A stretch of DNA of 63,974 nt, counting the filler, from a bacterium (GTDB lineage Bacteria; JALSQH01): the NCBI GenBank assembly GCA_027004335.1. It is 12 parts of 12 records of this genome, joined end to end, with 100 filler letters (N's around TTAATTAATTAA, not from the genome) between each part and the next. Parts side by side here need not be neighbours in the genome. Positions count along the whole stretch, not along the records: positions 9,705 to 19,300 come from JALTID010000143.1; positions 19,401 to 22,629 come from JALTID010000144.1; 10 more parts are not named here. One strand, written 5' to 3'. A program made the translations under genes and the position numbers. Every line of letters begins with the position of its first letter. The first letter of the stretch is position 1. The notes beneath the pieces are model-generated. The model worked only from the letters and a program-made list of their open reading frames with translations. It was not told the DNA's origin and made no database searches. Shown here one piece after another: positions 9,605 through 20,603 of this stretch.

Positions 9605-9704
9605 NNNNNNNNNNNNNNNNNNNNNNNNNNNNNNNNNNNNNNNNNNNNTTAATTAATTAANNNNNNNNNNNNNNNNNNNNNNNNNNNNNNNNNNNNNNNN
9701 NNNN
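9605..9704. other. Artificial contig spacer (N44-TTAATTAATTAA-N44)
   Basis: Identical 100-nt spacers also at 19301-19400, 22630-22729, 32277-32376, 35591-35690, 38900-38999, 42175-42274, 45445-45544, 54945-55044, 58193-58292 and 61431-61530; the core has stops in all six frames. Confidence 0.98.
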
Positions 9705-10625
9705 GGTACAAGTTCTGTTGTTTCTCCTCGACAGGAAAGGGATAAAGTAGAAATAGTTTCAGGAATATTTGAAGATAAAACAACAGGTACTCCCATTTCT
9801 ATGATAATCAAAAATGTAGATGTGGATTCAAGCAAGTATGTTCCTCTAAAGGATCTTTTTAGACCGGGGCAGGCGGATTTTACATACTGGGCAAAGTATG
9901 GGATAAGAGACTGGAGGGGAGGTGGAAGAGCATCAGCAAGAGAAACAGCTGGAAGAGTGGCAGCAGGAGCAATAGCAAAAAAGGTGCTCCAGCTTAAGGG
10001 GATAAGAACTCTTGCATATACACTCCAGATTGGAAAATTAAGTGCTAAAAGAATTATAGAAGAAGAAATAGAAAAAAATCCTTTACGAATGCCTGATCCT
10101 GAAGTAGCGGAGGAAGCCATAAAATATATTGAATCTCTACGGAAGAGAGGTGATTCCACTGGATGTCTTGTAAAAGCAATTGTAAGAGGTACTCCTGCCG
10201 GACTTGGAGAGCCAGTATTTGACAAATTAGATGCAGATATCGCAAAAGCCATCATGGGCATAGGAGCTGTCAAGGGAGTGGAAATCGGTAGAGGTTTTGG
10301 AGTCGTACAGCTAAGAGGTTCCGAAAACAATGATGAGTTTACTACAACGGATGGTAAAATTACAACCGTCACTAACAATGCGGGAGGTATCCTCGGTGGC
10401 ATTTCCACCGGAGGAGAAATAATCATCAGAATCGCTGTTAAGCCCACCCCCTCAATAAGAAAAGAGCAGAGAACTGTCACAAAAGAGGGTAAAAAAGTAG
10501 AGATATCTATACAGGGAAGACACGATCCTGTCATCTGTCCGAGAATTGTACCTGTGGTTGAAGCAATGTTGAATATTACAATTCTTGACCATTATCTTCG
10601 TCAGAAAGCAATAGAAAATTTCTAA
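9705..10625 (+). CDS. aroC: Chorismate synthase, 5' truncated by contig edge
   Basis: KTTGTPIS, FRPGQAD, GGGRASARETAGRVAAGA, GLGEPVFDKLDA, NNAGGILGGIS, KPTPSI, GRHDP. Confidence 0.96.
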   Translation, partial: GTSSVVSPRQERDKVEIVSGIFEDKTTGTPISMIIKNVDVDSSKYVPLKDLFRPGQADFTYWAKYGIRDWRGGGRASARETAGRVAAGAIAKKVLQLKGIRTLAYTLQIGKLSAKRIIEEEIEKNPLRMPDPEVAEEAIKYIESLRKRGDSTGCLVKAIVRGTPAGLGEPVFDKLDADIAKAIMGIGAVKGVEIGRGFGVVQLRGSENNDEFTTTDGKITTVTNNAGGILGGISTGGEIIIRIAVKPTPSIRKEQRTVTKEGKKVEISIQGRHDPVICPRIVPVVEAMLNITILDHYLRQKAIENF

Positions 10626-11436
10626 GAGGGAATGCTACTTCCACAGAAGAACCTTTATCTGCTCCAAGAGATGTTTTAGCGATCCCCTTGTTAATCCCGA
10701 TTTCCAGATAGCCATGACTACCTATATAGGCAACAGGTTTTCCCGCAGGTACATCACCGAATGTTTTACTCAAACCTTTTATGAGAGCCTTACCCACTTT
10801 TACTATCACCATCTCCTCTGTTATCTCTTCTGAAGGAATATTGCTTATTAAATTCCCAAAAGAATCAACATACATGATTCTTCCCTTTATTTTTTTCATC
10901 CTGTTCTCTTCAACTTCTTCAGGAAGAGGAATATCTAAGATAACATAATCTTCTGTTTTTCTGGAAAACTCACTGATTTTCACCCCATTTATTATAAGAG
11001 AGGCAGTAACAGAAAAAATATCCCTACCATGAAAGGTGGTTGAGACTTTTTTAAACTTCTTCTCGTCTATCTTATAAACCGTAAATTTTCCTCTGCCTAA
11101 TTTACTGAAAACATGGGAGAAAATTCCGTTATCCGGACCAACAAAATAATTTCTTTTTGCCTTCACAATTATTCCGTTTCTTATTGTTCCCACCCCGGGA
11201 TCCACCACACCAATCCATATACTTCCACTGGGAAAATATAAATACGACATCCCAATGACAAAAGAAGCTTCAAGGATATCAAAAGGAGTTATTGAATGAG
11301 TAAAATCAACTACTTCAACGGGGCTATTGGAATTACTGTAAATTACTCCTTTCATCTCCGCGGCGTAGATACTATCCACTCCAAAATCAGTAACAAGTAC
11401 AACAACTCTATTCCTCGCGGAGAAATTTTTCACCAT
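10576..11436 (-). CDS. SAM hydroxide adenosyltransferase / chlorinase-fluorinase family (DUF62)
   Basis: LVTDFG, VVDPGVGT.R, FVGPDNG, STTFHGRDIF, YVDSFGNLISN, GYLEIGIN; 3' end overlaps aroC convergently. Confidence 0.9.
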   Translation of the reverse strand: MVKNFSARNRVVVLVTDFGVDSIYAAEMKGVIYSNSNSPVEVVDFTHSITPFDILEASFVIGMSYLYFPSGSIWIGVVDPGVGTIRNGIIVKAKRNYFVGPDNGIFSHVFSKLGRGKFTVYKIDEKKFKKVSTTFHGRDIFSVTASLIINGVKISEFSRKTEDYVILDIPLPEEVEENRMKKIKGRIMYVDSFGNLISNIPSEEITEEMVIVKVGKALIKGLSKTFGDVPAGKPVAYIGSHGYLEIGINKGIAKTSLGADKGSSVEVAFPLRNFLLLSDEDNGQEL

Positions 11437-13663
11437 TGAATTTAAACCAGAGATCGTCTTCCGAATCATACTCAATAATCCCATCTTCGTTGCCGTCAAG
11501 TTTCCTGTGTGGATTTGATGTGAGGGCTTCAATTCTAAAACTCAGGAACAGCTTATCACCTTTTTGAAAAATGGAAGGTACAGATACACTTCTGCTACCG
11601 CATGTAAGAAGCGAGGGAAGAAGTTTCACCCTAACCAGAGTTGTGGGAAAACCCCCATGTCCCGGTCTATTATCATCTTCTCTTCCCATTACAATCTCAG
11701 TATTCAGGGAGTAATCTCTCCTTTTATTATCCGAAGAAAAAACAATAATATTCTGCGTATTCACACTACTATCCACAAGAAAATCATTATATCCATAAAG
11801 ATTATCCTGATCCCCATCGGGGGTATAAAAACTGAAAAAAATCTCACTGTATCCTTTTATCTTTATCCTCTCGTTCCCACATGTGATAGTCTCATTATAA
11901 TAACTATCAGGGGCAAAACATATTCCCCCATTGCACTCACTTCCCGTCACTGCATAAGGATAAATGGTGCCATCATTTATACGCATAGTGGGAGGGTATG
12001 AAGTGATTGAACCTACTCTTGTGGCAAACCCTATAACAAGCCTATTTTCTGCCTTGCCTGAGCCATCTTTATAAATACCGTCATAGCTCCTGTCACTCAG
12101 GGGGATACCCCATATGTCTCTAATACTCTGCTGAAATGAGTAGCCTCCCATTTCAATAAAATACTTTTTTCCATCCTCCAGAGAGGGGAGTTTTAAGTAA
12201 AACACATTGTTAGTGATATACGCTTTCTTCCCCGAAAGATTCATTTTATCTCCATCAAAAAACACATATATTGAGCACCATTCAGTGGGGAAAGTTGTAC
12301 AATCCATAATGTTATTCCCCGAACCAAAGACTCTATTTACAAAAATATAACCACCAGCATTACTCTGAATTCTGTAAACTTCATTATCTTTATTCCCAAA
12401 AGATATTGAGTAGGCAAGCATTCCTGACAATTCACCGGAATGCATAACATAATTATCAATATCCAGAAAAGATCCAGCATTGCTTCTTCTGCGTCCCCGG
12501 AGTACTTTGTAAAGAGGACTTATCTTTATCTCATTTCCAATATTATCTGTAACAGGCAACACATACTTCATACCTCTATCATTATCCTCTATCACAAGAT
12601 ATGTGCCGCTTAGAGTATGAGACGGAATTGATTTCCCCAGATCCATTACCACATAGTAATCCATCTGAGGATTTATATCACCAGGTGAAATTGAGGGAAA
12701 AGAAGCTATCGTCCCTGCCAATGGTACCGGTACAAGATGATGGGGCGTATCGTTATAAATAAATTCTGCTCCACTTATAACCCTGTATTCATCATCCCTC
12801 ACCACAACATTTTGAAGTGTTTCAGGTTTCAGAAGTAGAGGAGGTGGTTGAATTGAAGCATTTCTCCCGGAAGAGTAGGCTCGATCAGAATCAAAAGTGA
12901 ATCTGAGTAGAGAATCCTTTTTTACCGGCCAAGAAAATTTATAATCGTGATCGTGTGATGAGATAGTATTTCCCATAAACTTATACTGCTCATGCCCGGG
13001 GGTCCTGCCATACTCATATTCCTCTATCTTGCTCACATAAAAATCAGCCTTGCTGGGTAAAAGGTAATAGTAAGATTTAAGATTTTTTCTCTTAGAAGGA
13101 ATCACAGGCTGGGACCAGAAATCAGAGGGACCCATGTAAAAATCATTGTTTGCAGTAACATACTCACCGGGAAGAAGAGAGAAAATATCCTTCACTCCAT
13201 CCAGATTGTAATCTTCACCCACTCTCCCATCTAAATAAGCACCATCCTCTGATTTGGCCATGGAGGAAATATAGAGAAAATAGATGGAATCCTCGGTCAG
13301 TTGCGCATTAACCAGAACCTCCTTTTTATCATTACTCCATGCATACCTCTGATCCACCGGGGGTGTAAGAATCTCCTCAGAAGGCTTCAGAGGATTAACA
13401 CCTTCATTGATATCCTCCGTGGCTCTAAAAATGTGAAGTGATTCTTCAACTGACTCCTTATCCATGGGCAGGGAAAACTTAACCCCAAACTGGTATAATC
13501 CTTCGGTTGATGTGATCGTTTTCAACTTAAGCAATTTTACTGAAACTACCACAGGATTCATCTCAGCAGGAGGAGAAGGAATTGCTGAAGGTTTTTCTAT
13601 TGTGCAGCTACCAAAAAATAAAAGTAAAAATAAAAGCAAAGCAGTAGAAACTGTTCTCTTCAC
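11408..13663 (-). CDS. Large hypothetical lipoprotein with probable Ig-like domains
   Basis: Lipobox FFGS-C; VKFSLPMDKESVEES and AKSEDGAYLDG resemble Big_5/SbsA-type Ig domains. Confidence 0.65.
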   Translation of the reverse strand: MKRTVSTALLLFLLLFFGSCTIEKPSAIPSPPAEMNPVVVSVKLLKLKTITSTEGLYQFGVKFSLPMDKESVEESLHIFRATEDINEGVNPLKPSEEILTPPVDQRYAWSNDKKEVLVNAQLTEDSIYFLYISSMAKSEDGAYLDGRVGEDYNLDGVKDIFSLLPGEYVTANNDFYMGPSDFWSQPVIPSKRKNLKSYYYLLPSKADFYVSKIEEYEYGRTPGHEQYKFMGNTISSHDHDYKFSWPVKKDSLLRFTFDSDRAYSSGRNASIQPPPLLLKPETLQNVVVRDDEYRVISGAEFIYNDTPHHLVPVPLAGTIASFPSISPGDINPQMDYYVVMDLGKSIPSHTLSGTYLVIEDNDRGMKYVLPVTDNIGNEIKISPLYKVLRGRRRSNAGSFLDIDNYVMHSGELSGMLAYSISFGNKDNEVYRIQSNAGGYIFVNRVFGSGNNIMDCTTFPTEWCSIYVFFDGDKMNLSGKKAYITNNVFYLKLPSLEDGKKYFIEMGGYSFQQSIRDIWGIPLSDRSYDGIYKDGSGKAENRLVIGFATRVGSITSYPPTMRINDGTIYPYAVTGSECNGGICFAPDSYYNETITCGNERIKIKGYSEIFFSFYTPDGDQDNLYGYNDFLVDSSVNTQNIIVFSSDNKRRDYSLNTEIVMGREDDNRPGHGGFPTTLVRVKLLPSLLTCGSRSVSVPSIFQKGDKLFLSFRIEALTSNPHRKLDGNEDGIIEYDSEDDLWFKFNGEKFLREE

Positions 13664-15171
13664 AGTCTGAACCCCGCTTCAAGAGAAATTTTTAAATCTT
13701 CCCCCGAAAACCATCCCCCAACAAAATACTTATCAGCATCATATTCTAACCCCAGAAAAGGAACGCCTGAAAAGGAAAAACTTCCATTTTTGCTATTTTC
13801 ATAAGGTTGTGGATTGTACTGTGAAATTTTGCTTTTTATAATTCCACCAGCACCATTCTCCTTTGTAATTGTGAGAGGAGAAATACTTAAGAACTGGGAA
13901 TCATGATAACTATTCCAGTAACGAAATTTTCCCGAGAAACCCGGTCTGATTCTGAATGACCTGATGTAGATATCAAAATAAAAAGGCACTACAATCTCTA
14001 TATTCTCATCCTTCTTCTTCATTTTCCTGAGAGTAGTTCCGTAGAAAGTTTCCCCGTAATTTTCAGGATCATTAATTTCTTTCTTCCCGTTACTGTAAAC
14101 CACCTCAGAATCAGGTGTAAACATTCCCTTCATCTCAAGATCACTCCACTGATAACATCCTGTTAGAGAGGCACCTATCATGAACCTGCTTTGTCCGCTA
14201 AGAGCTAAACTTTTCCACCAGTACAAACCTCCATAATAGCCTTTTTTGCTAATCCCTTCAGCACTCTCTTTAAAAAGAATGTTGTACCTTAGATACTCTC
14301 CACTGGAAGAAATCCACTGATCATAATAATAATGAAATCCGTTATAGACTTCACCCCAGAAGCCGGGAGAGTAAAAGAGATTCATTCTGAACCCACCATT
14401 ATTTTTTAAAATTACAAACTCAATTCCAGGAATAATTCTGTTGGTAGAAGCATATCTGACACTATTCTGATAATAATTTAGTCCTTCCTGAGAAAGAGTT
14501 TTGCCACTTTTTTCAGAATCAAACAAGCTCTCCCAGGTCCAGGCAATCCCAATCCAGGTAGTTTTATTCAGCAGGATGCCTAACTTGCCAGAAACCCTCA
14601 ATAAAGTGTTCTCCCCCTTATTGTTATTTGAAAAAGAAGTCTTCCAGGTGCCTCCAGTTCCTGTATACTCACTTGACAACCCGGAAAAAGTAAAAGGGAA
14701 ACTGTAGGGCCAGGGAAAAGCAAAATCTATATTAGGGGAAAAGATACCCTTCTCCCATCCGGCAGAGATGGAACCACCAGGGGAAACTTTACCATTGCCA
14801 ACTAAAAAGCTCCCACCTCCCATCACATCTATATATCCCTTTTTCTGGTAATTAGAATCAAAGAAAATTCCCTTACCACCTTCAAAAGGAAGAACTTCTC
14901 CTGTTTTACTATTTACCCTGCTGTAATTAGAAGAAAAACTGCCCCACAGGGAAAATGAAAAAATTCCTTTTCTGGAAAAAGAGACATAAGGTGCTTTGGA
15001 AGAAGAAAAATTAACCGAATTTTCAAAAGAGAAATATGGATACTCTGCGTAATCTAACTTTTCAAAAAATACCCCCTTACTCTCTTTAAAGAGGAAGGAA
15101 TTATACTCTACCCCCCATCCCCAGAGAGAAAAAGGAACAGCCATCAGGAAAATAACTACCTTATTTACCAC
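13660..15171 (-). CDS. Hypothetical exported protein, probable outer-membrane beta-barrel
   Basis: Signal peptide; G/Y/F/W/S-rich alternating strands; C-terminal ISLEAGFRL resembles a beta-signal. Confidence 0.55.
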   Translation of the reverse strand: MVNKVVIFLMAVPFSLWGWGVEYNSFLFKESKGVFFEKLDYAEYPYFSFENSVNFSSSKAPYVSFSRKGIFSFSLWGSFSSNYSRVNSKTGEVLPFEGGKGIFFDSNYQKKGYIDVMGGGSFLVGNGKVSPGGSISAGWEKGIFSPNIDFAFPWPYSFPFTFSGLSSEYTGTGGTWKTSFSNNNKGENTLLRVSGKLGILLNKTTWIGIAWTWESLFDSEKSGKTLSQEGLNYYQNSVRYASTNRIIPGIEFVILKNNGGFRMNLFYSPGFWGEVYNGFHYYYDQWISSSGEYLRYNILFKESAEGISKKGYYGGLYWWKSLALSGQSRFMIGASLTGCYQWSDLEMKGMFTPDSEVVYSNGKKEINDPENYGETFYGTTLRKMKKKDENIEIVVPFYFDIYIRSFRIRPGFSGKFRYWNSYHDSQFLSISPLTITKENGAGGIIKSKISQYNPQPYENSKNGSFSFSGVPFLGLEYDADKYFVGGWFSGEDLKISLEAGFRL

Positions 15172-16386
15172 CTTCCCTCCGGCTAAGAAGAGTTCTGATC
15201 CTTAACCTCAGGGAATTAATCTTGATAAATCCCTCCGCGTCTGCCTGATTGTATACTTCTTCCCTTTCAAAAGTAGCAAATTCAGGGCTGTAAAGAGAAT
15301 AAGGGGATTTCCTGCCAGCCACAATTACATTACCCTTATAGAGCTTAAGCCTTACGGTACCTGTCACATTCTCCTGGGTGGCGTCAATGTACTTTTGAAG
15401 AGCTTCTCTTTCTGGAGAAAACCAGTATCCATAATATACAAGCTCTGCATACCTGGGTATAATGCTATCCCTGAAATGCATTATTTCTCTATCAAGGGTA
15501 ATGGATTCAAGTGCCCTATGGGCATGATAGATGAGGGTCCCCCCAGGGGTCTCGTAAACCCCCCTGGATTTCATACCTACATACCTATTCTCCACCAGAT
15601 CTACCCTTCCTATCCCGTTTCTCCCACCAATCTCGTTGAGTTTCGCAAGTAATTGCCCTGGAGAAAGAGCTTCACCGTTGATAGCAACAGGATTACCCTT
15701 TTCAAATTCTATTTCAACATATTCGGGTTTATCAGGAGCTTTCATTGGAGAAACAGTCAGCTGAAAGATCTCCTCCGGAGGCTCTGACCATGGATCCTCC
15801 AGTATCCCACCCTCATAGCTGATATGAAGCATATTTCTGTCCATGGAATAAGGTTTATCCTTGGTTACAGGAATAGGAATTCCCCTTTTTTGAGCCCAAT
15901 CTATTAAATCGGACCTGCTCTTCAAATCCCATATTCTCCAAGGTGTTATAACTTTTATTTCAGGTTTCATAGCGTAGTATGTNNNNNNNNNNTTAATTCA
16001 AATCTTACCTGATCATTCCCCTTCCCGGTAGCCCCGTGACTTACTGCGTCTGCCCCTTCTCTCTCAACAATTTCAATCTGCTTCTTCGCTATAAGAGGAC
16101 GAGCAATTGAAGTCCCTAAAAGATAATAATTTTCATATACTGCGTCTGCCCTCATCATTGGAAAAACATAATCCTCCACAAATTCTTCTTTTAAATCAAC
16201 AAGATAAACTTTATCTGCCCCCGTTTTAACAGCTTTTTGCCGTATCTCCTCCATATTCTCATTTTGTCCAAGATCCGCAGCAAATGCAATTACCTCACAC
16301 CCGTATGTTTCCTTCAGCCATCCAAGAATAACTGAAGTGTCAAGTCCCCCGGAATAGGCCAACACAACCTTCTTCACATTTTTCAC
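15161..16386 (-). CDS. argG: Argininosuccinate synthase (split in the ORF track by a 10-N gap)
   Basis: [45 protein letters not shown]; the flanks of the gap at 15983-15992 join as RFEL-TYY with a 1-nt overlap. Confidence 0.96.
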
Positions 16387-16400
16387 TTTAAGCCTCCTGA

Positions 16401-17981
16401 TTATTTTTGTTCTTTGAGAGTAACCCGGTACTCCTTATTAAGCTCCCGCATCTCCTTGATTTCCTCTTCGGAGAGTCTGTTTCTGGTAGTCACCTGGATC
16501 TCCTGTTCCTTACCAGTAGAAAGATCTTTGGCAGCAACACTGACAATTCCATCAGAATTGATGGAAAAGGTAACTTCTATTTCTGGAACACCTCTGGGAG
16601 CAGGAGGAATATCAGTCAGAACAAACTCTCCAAGCAATTCATTTTCTTCAGCAATGTCACTTTCACCCTGATAAACACTGATCCTCACAGATCTCTGTTT
16701 ATCCTTAACTGTGGTAAAAATTGAACTTTTTTTAGTTGGAACAGGGGTATTTTTGGGAATTAATTTCGTAAAATACCCACCATAAGTCATTATCCCAAGA
16801 CTCAGCGGAGTAACATCTATCAGAAGTAAATCCTTGTCCTCTTTTAGAAGCATATCTGCTTGAATTGCAGCTCCTATTGCTACAACTTCGTCCGGATGAA
16901 CACCCTTCCTGGGAGGTCTACCAAAAAATTCAGCAACCTTTTGCTGGATAAGAGGCATCCTCGTCTGTCCACCGACAAGAATAATATCTTTTATTTCGCT
17001 CTTTTTTATCCCACTTTCCTTCAGAGTATCCTCGCAAATTTCAAGAGTCTGCTCTACAAGATCTACAACCATCTGCTCTAATTGATCTCTAGTTAACACT
17101 ACCTCAAGATGAAGCGGACCTGATTTCCCCGTGGCAATAAAAGGCAAAGTTACCTTAGTTTCTTGCAATGTTGAAAGTTCCATCTTTGCCTTTTCAGATG
17201 CATCTTTCAATCGCTGCATTGCCAACTTATCCTTTGATATATCCACCTCTATCTGTTTTTTTGCCTCTTCAATAAGAAACTCTACGATTCTTTTATCAAA
17301 ATCCTCACCACCAAGAAAGGTATCACCCGCGGTGGCAATCACCTCATATACCCCTTCACTGAGATCAAGAATAGATATGTCAAAAGTTCCACCTCCAAGA
17401 TCATAAACAGCTATAACTCCACTTTCTCCTCTCCTTCCATATCCATAAGCAAGAGCAGCAGCAGTTGGCTCATTGATTATTCTTATTACATCAAGTCCTG
17501 CAATCTTACCAGCGTCCTTTGTAGCCTGCCTCTGACTATCATTAAAATGGGCAGGCACAGTGATAACAGCTTTGTCCACTTCCTCTCCTGAAAATTCAGA
17601 AACAATAAATTTCATTTCAGTAAGAATCATGGCAGAGAGCTCCGGTACAGAATATTCCCTGTCTACCAGCTTTACTCTTACATCATCATTGGGACCTTTT
17701 ATAATCTTATAAGGATACCTCTTTATTGACTCCTGAACTTCAGCAGAATCAAATCTCCTCCCAATTAATCTTTTAAATGCATAAACGGTATTTTCAGAAT
17801 TCATCAATGCCTGCCTCTTGGCCAGGTGTCCTACTAATTTTTTCCCATCCTGCGTTACTGCGTACACAGAGGGAGTAGTATGATAACCACTACTGTTGGG
17901 TATAACAACTGGCTTCCCCTTTTCAACTATGGCGACACAACTATTGGTAGTTCCAAGGTCAATACCTATTGCTCTCTCCAT
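16401..17981 (-). CDS. DnaK-like Hsp70 lacking most of the C-terminal lid
   Basis: [55 protein letters not shown]; only 526 aa. Confidence 0.93.
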   Translation of the reverse strand: MERAIGIDLGTTNSCVAIVEKGKPVVIPNSSGYHTTPSVYAVTQDGKKLVGHLAKRQALMNSENTVYAFKRLIGRRFDSAEVQESIKRYPYKIIKGPNDDVRVKLVDREYSVPELSAMILTEMKFIVSEFSGEEVDKAVITVPAHFNDSQRQATKDAGKIAGLDVIRIINEPTAAALAYGYGRRGESGVIAVYDLGGGTFDISILDLSEGVYEVIATAGDTFLGGEDFDKRIVEFLIEEAKKQIEVDISKDKLAMQRLKDASEKAKMELSTLQETKVTLPFIATGKSGPLHLEVVLTRDQLEQMVVDLVEQTLEICEDTLKESGIKKSEIKDIILVGGQTRMPLIQQKVAEFFGRPPRKGVHPDEVVAIGAAIQADMLLKEDKDLLLIDVTPLSLGIMTYGGYFTKLIPKNTPVPTKKSSIFTTVKDKQRSVRISVYQGESDIAEENELLGEFVLTDIPPAPRGVPEIEVTFSINSDGIVSVAAKDLSTGKEQEIQVTTRNRLSEEEIKEMRELNKEYRVTLKEQK

Positions 17982-19183
17982 TTAATTTCCTTTTTTTTTA
18001 ATCTATTTCTCAATTCCTTCACTCTTTCTCTGACTTTTGCATTTTTCTTATCTTTCTTAAGAACCTCTTCCATTATCTCAATCGCACCTCTCAAATCCCC
18101 TGATTTCTCAAGTTCCTCAGAAAGAAGAAAAAAATTTTCCAACTCACTGGGAGAAATAGAAACTAATTTCCTTAACAAACTTACAGCAAGTTTATGCGCA
18201 TTAGTCATCTTAACAATTATATCAACACATCTCTTAAGCAAATAAGCATCTAACGGAAGATAGTTCATGTTAGCCCTTAAGAAATTCATCAATTCTTTTA
18301 TGGTATCAAGCTCAAGAAGCATTTCATCTTTCTCAATCCTACTCACCATTTTTAAAACGACCATTGCTATCTCGGCTCTTTTTATTTTTTCCTGGAGGGA
18401 GAGAAGTTCACCTACCAGTTGTTTTGCAAGCTTATAATTGGTAAGAGCTGCCTTGTAATCTCCCTCTGACATGGCCTCATCACCATAAGAAATAAGTCTG
18501 TATGCCTTCTCCTTAGGTGAGGAAATCTCAGTGGGTGCAGAAACTTCAACATTAATTTTTTTCTTTACCCCCCCTGTTCTTAGCTGTCTATCATAATCTT
18601 TTCTCAATTCAGGATCCATTAAAGTACTATACGCTTCTGATATTGTTGCAAAAATCATATCAAGCTTACTTTTAGTCTCTTCCGAAACCTTCAAATAAAA
18701 TTGATCAGGATGGTATTTCCTGGAGAGAGACCTATAAGCTTTTTGGATCACTTCTCTCGTTGCATTCCTTGAAAGGCCCAGCACATCATAATAATTCATA
18801 GCCTGGCAAATCTTGTGCATTCTCTCTATCTCTTCAACAACTTCCTGTGGTAGGCGAGATTTTATTCTTTCGGAAGAAGGAGAAGATGAATTCCCACCTG
18901 AATTACCTGGCAGGTGAACACCCTGCCCCCGGGATAAATTAAATTTTGAAACAGGGGCTTCTGCCTCATCAAAAGCAATAACTCCTTTCTCCGCAAGTTT
19001 TTTTAAGAAATCCATCGTCAGATTTTCCGACAGAGAAGAAATCATAAGAATTTCTTCCACAGTTGTTTTACCATCAATAAGGGATATAATAAATCCCTCC
19101 TGAGGATTCAAATCCATTTTTTCAAGAACAACATTATCAATTATATAAGGCTTTGCCTTACCATGAATTTTGCTTAAACTCAT
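17966..19183 (-). CDS. J-domain protein with N-terminal wHTH-like segment and C-terminal TPRs
   Basis: NYYDVLGL...[11 protein letters not shown]...[16 protein letters not shown]-like helices; N-terminal [21 protein letters not shown]. Confidence 0.85.
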   Translation of the reverse strand: MSLSKIHGKAKPYIIDNVVLEKMDLNPQEGFIISLIDGKTTVEEILMISSLSENLTMDFLKKLAEKGVIAFDEAEAPVSKFNLSRGQGVHLPGNSGGNSSSPSSERIKSRLPQEVVEEIERMHKICQAMNYYDVLGLSRNATREVIQKAYRSLSRKYHPDQFYLKVSEETKSKLDMIFATISEAYSTLMDPELRKDYDRQLRTGGVKKKINVEVSAPTEISSPKEKAYRLISYGDEAMSEGDYKAALTNYKLAKQLVGELLSLQEKIKRAEIAMVVLKMVSRIEKDEMLLELDTIKELMNFLRANMNYLPLDAYLLKRCVDIIVKMTNAHKLAVSLLRKLVSISPSELENFFLLSEELEKSGDLRGAIEIMEEVLKKDKKNAKVRERVKELRNRLKKKEIKWREQ

Positions 19184-19300
19184 CTCAATAACAAATACTC
19201 CATTAAAGCTTTCTGTGCATGAAGCCTGTTCTCCGTCTGAGTAAAAATTTCATCTGCGTGGCTTTCAAACACATCTTCTGTTATCTCTTCACCCTTATGC
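19180..19300 (-). CDS. argF: Ornithine carbamoyltransferase C-terminus (partial)
   Basis: Manual translation [39 protein letters not shown]; stop overlaps the J-protein ATG (ATGA). Confidence 0.88.
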
Positions 19301-19400
19301 NNNNNNNNNNNNNNNNNNNNNNNNNNNNNNNNNNNNNNNNNNNNTTAATTAATTAANNNNNNNNNNNNNNNNNNNNNNNNNNNNNNNNNNNNNNNNNNNN

Positions 19401-19906
19401 TTTCCATCCACAAAAAATATAACAGGACTCCTTACTATTAACTTTGCCTTTCCCCCTATTATAAGATGATGAAAATAATAAACACCTTCCTTTGTGGTCT
19501 CCACACTATACTCATCAACCCAGCGGACATGAGGCCTCCCATGTCTCTTCTCAAACTTAATATAACCAAACAAAATCTCACCAAAATCCAACTCATCATT
19601 GTTGTTATACTCTGACGCATCATTTACCCAGAATTCAACTTCAGATAAATCTCTACATGATGGAACCGATGATATGTTCTTAATCCCATCATCAACTCTG
19701 TTTTTTCCAAACTCTATATAGTTACCTATATCTGTTAAATCCACTTCTCCTTTTAAGTGATTTTTCCCAAGAATTACCACATCCCCCTCTGAAGAAACCT
19801 TTGCTCTCGGATTGGTTACAGCATCAGCAAAACTAAAACCATCAATGAGATTTTTACCTCTTACATACACCTTTTCACACCCCACAAGGCCATAATCAGT
19901 ATTTAT
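19401..19906 (-). CDS. Hypothetical protein, 3' truncated
   Basis: Open frame to the contig edge; GVYYFHHLIIGGKAKLIVRSPVIFFVDG resembles beta-rich domains of PilX-like proteins; start uncertain (GTG 19885 or ATA 19906). Confidence 0.45.
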
Positions 19907-20129
19907 CCCTCTTACCCTCCCTTTTTCATTTCTTCTGTTTTAATGATAGCACTATTTTCAGCATAAGTCAATGAATTTGCCTTTTAAAACAAGCTGTTAT
20001 GCCTTTTTATTGGCATAAATAGAGGGGTTTATGTTATCATTTGTGTATTGCCATAGAAGAATATTTCCCCCAAAAAATTTGCTCTTTAATAAGATTATGT
20101 GATAATATTTTTCAAAAAAGGGGGATCTT

Positions 20130-20591
20130 ATGGATATTAAAATCTTGAAAAATATTTACCTCTTTAAAGAGCTAACAAATAAGGAACTTGAGAAGATACT
20201 AAAAATTGCTAATGTTGAAAAATATCCTGCCAATCATGTAATTTTTAGAGAGGGAGATGCTGGTGACAAGTTCTATGTTATTTTGAAAGGAAAAATCAGA
20301 ATCAGCAAACAGGTTGAGGGAATCGGAGAAGAGGCTCTTGCAGTCTTAGGAGCTGGCAGTTTCTTTGGAGAAATGTCTCTTATTGACGATTTTCCAAGAT
20401 CAGCAGATTCTATAACAAATGAGCCTGTAGAACTTTTAACTATTAAAAAAGAAGATTTTGAGAATCTCCTGTTTTTTGATAAAGATCTTGCATACACCGT
20501 CCTCTGGGCATTTTTAAGAACTCTATCCTCAAGATTAAGAGAAACAAACGAAAAGATAAAAGCCTTTTTCGCTATGTCAGCCCATTTTTAG
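20130..20591 (+). CDS. Stand-alone cyclic nucleotide-binding domain protein
   Basis: IFREGDAGDKFYVILKG, FFGEMSLID..PRSA; no HTH. Confidence 0.92.
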   Translation: MDIKILKNIYLFKELTNKELEKILKIANVEKYPANHVIFREGDAGDKFYVILKGKIRISKQVEGIGEEALAVLGAGSFFGEMSLIDDFPRSADSITNEPVELLTIKKEDFENLLFFDKDLAYTVLWAFLRTLSSRLRETNEKIKAFFAMSAHF

Positions 20592-20603
20592 GGAGAGGAA
20601 AAA

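Noticed and set aside
9649-9660. Recurrent TTAATTAATTAA palindrome as a biological repeat or CRISPR-like element
   Set aside because: Always centred in exactly 44+44 Ns with stops in all frames; it is an assembly linker.
10576-11436. Fluorinase or chlorinase for halometabolite synthesis
   Set aside because: Motifs DPGVG..R and TFHGRD fit the widespread DUF62 SAM hydrolase, and no biosynthetic cluster is nearby.
15961-16000. argG frameshift or pseudogene
   Set aside because: The break is a 10-N gap; the flanks join into the expected RFELTYY sequence.
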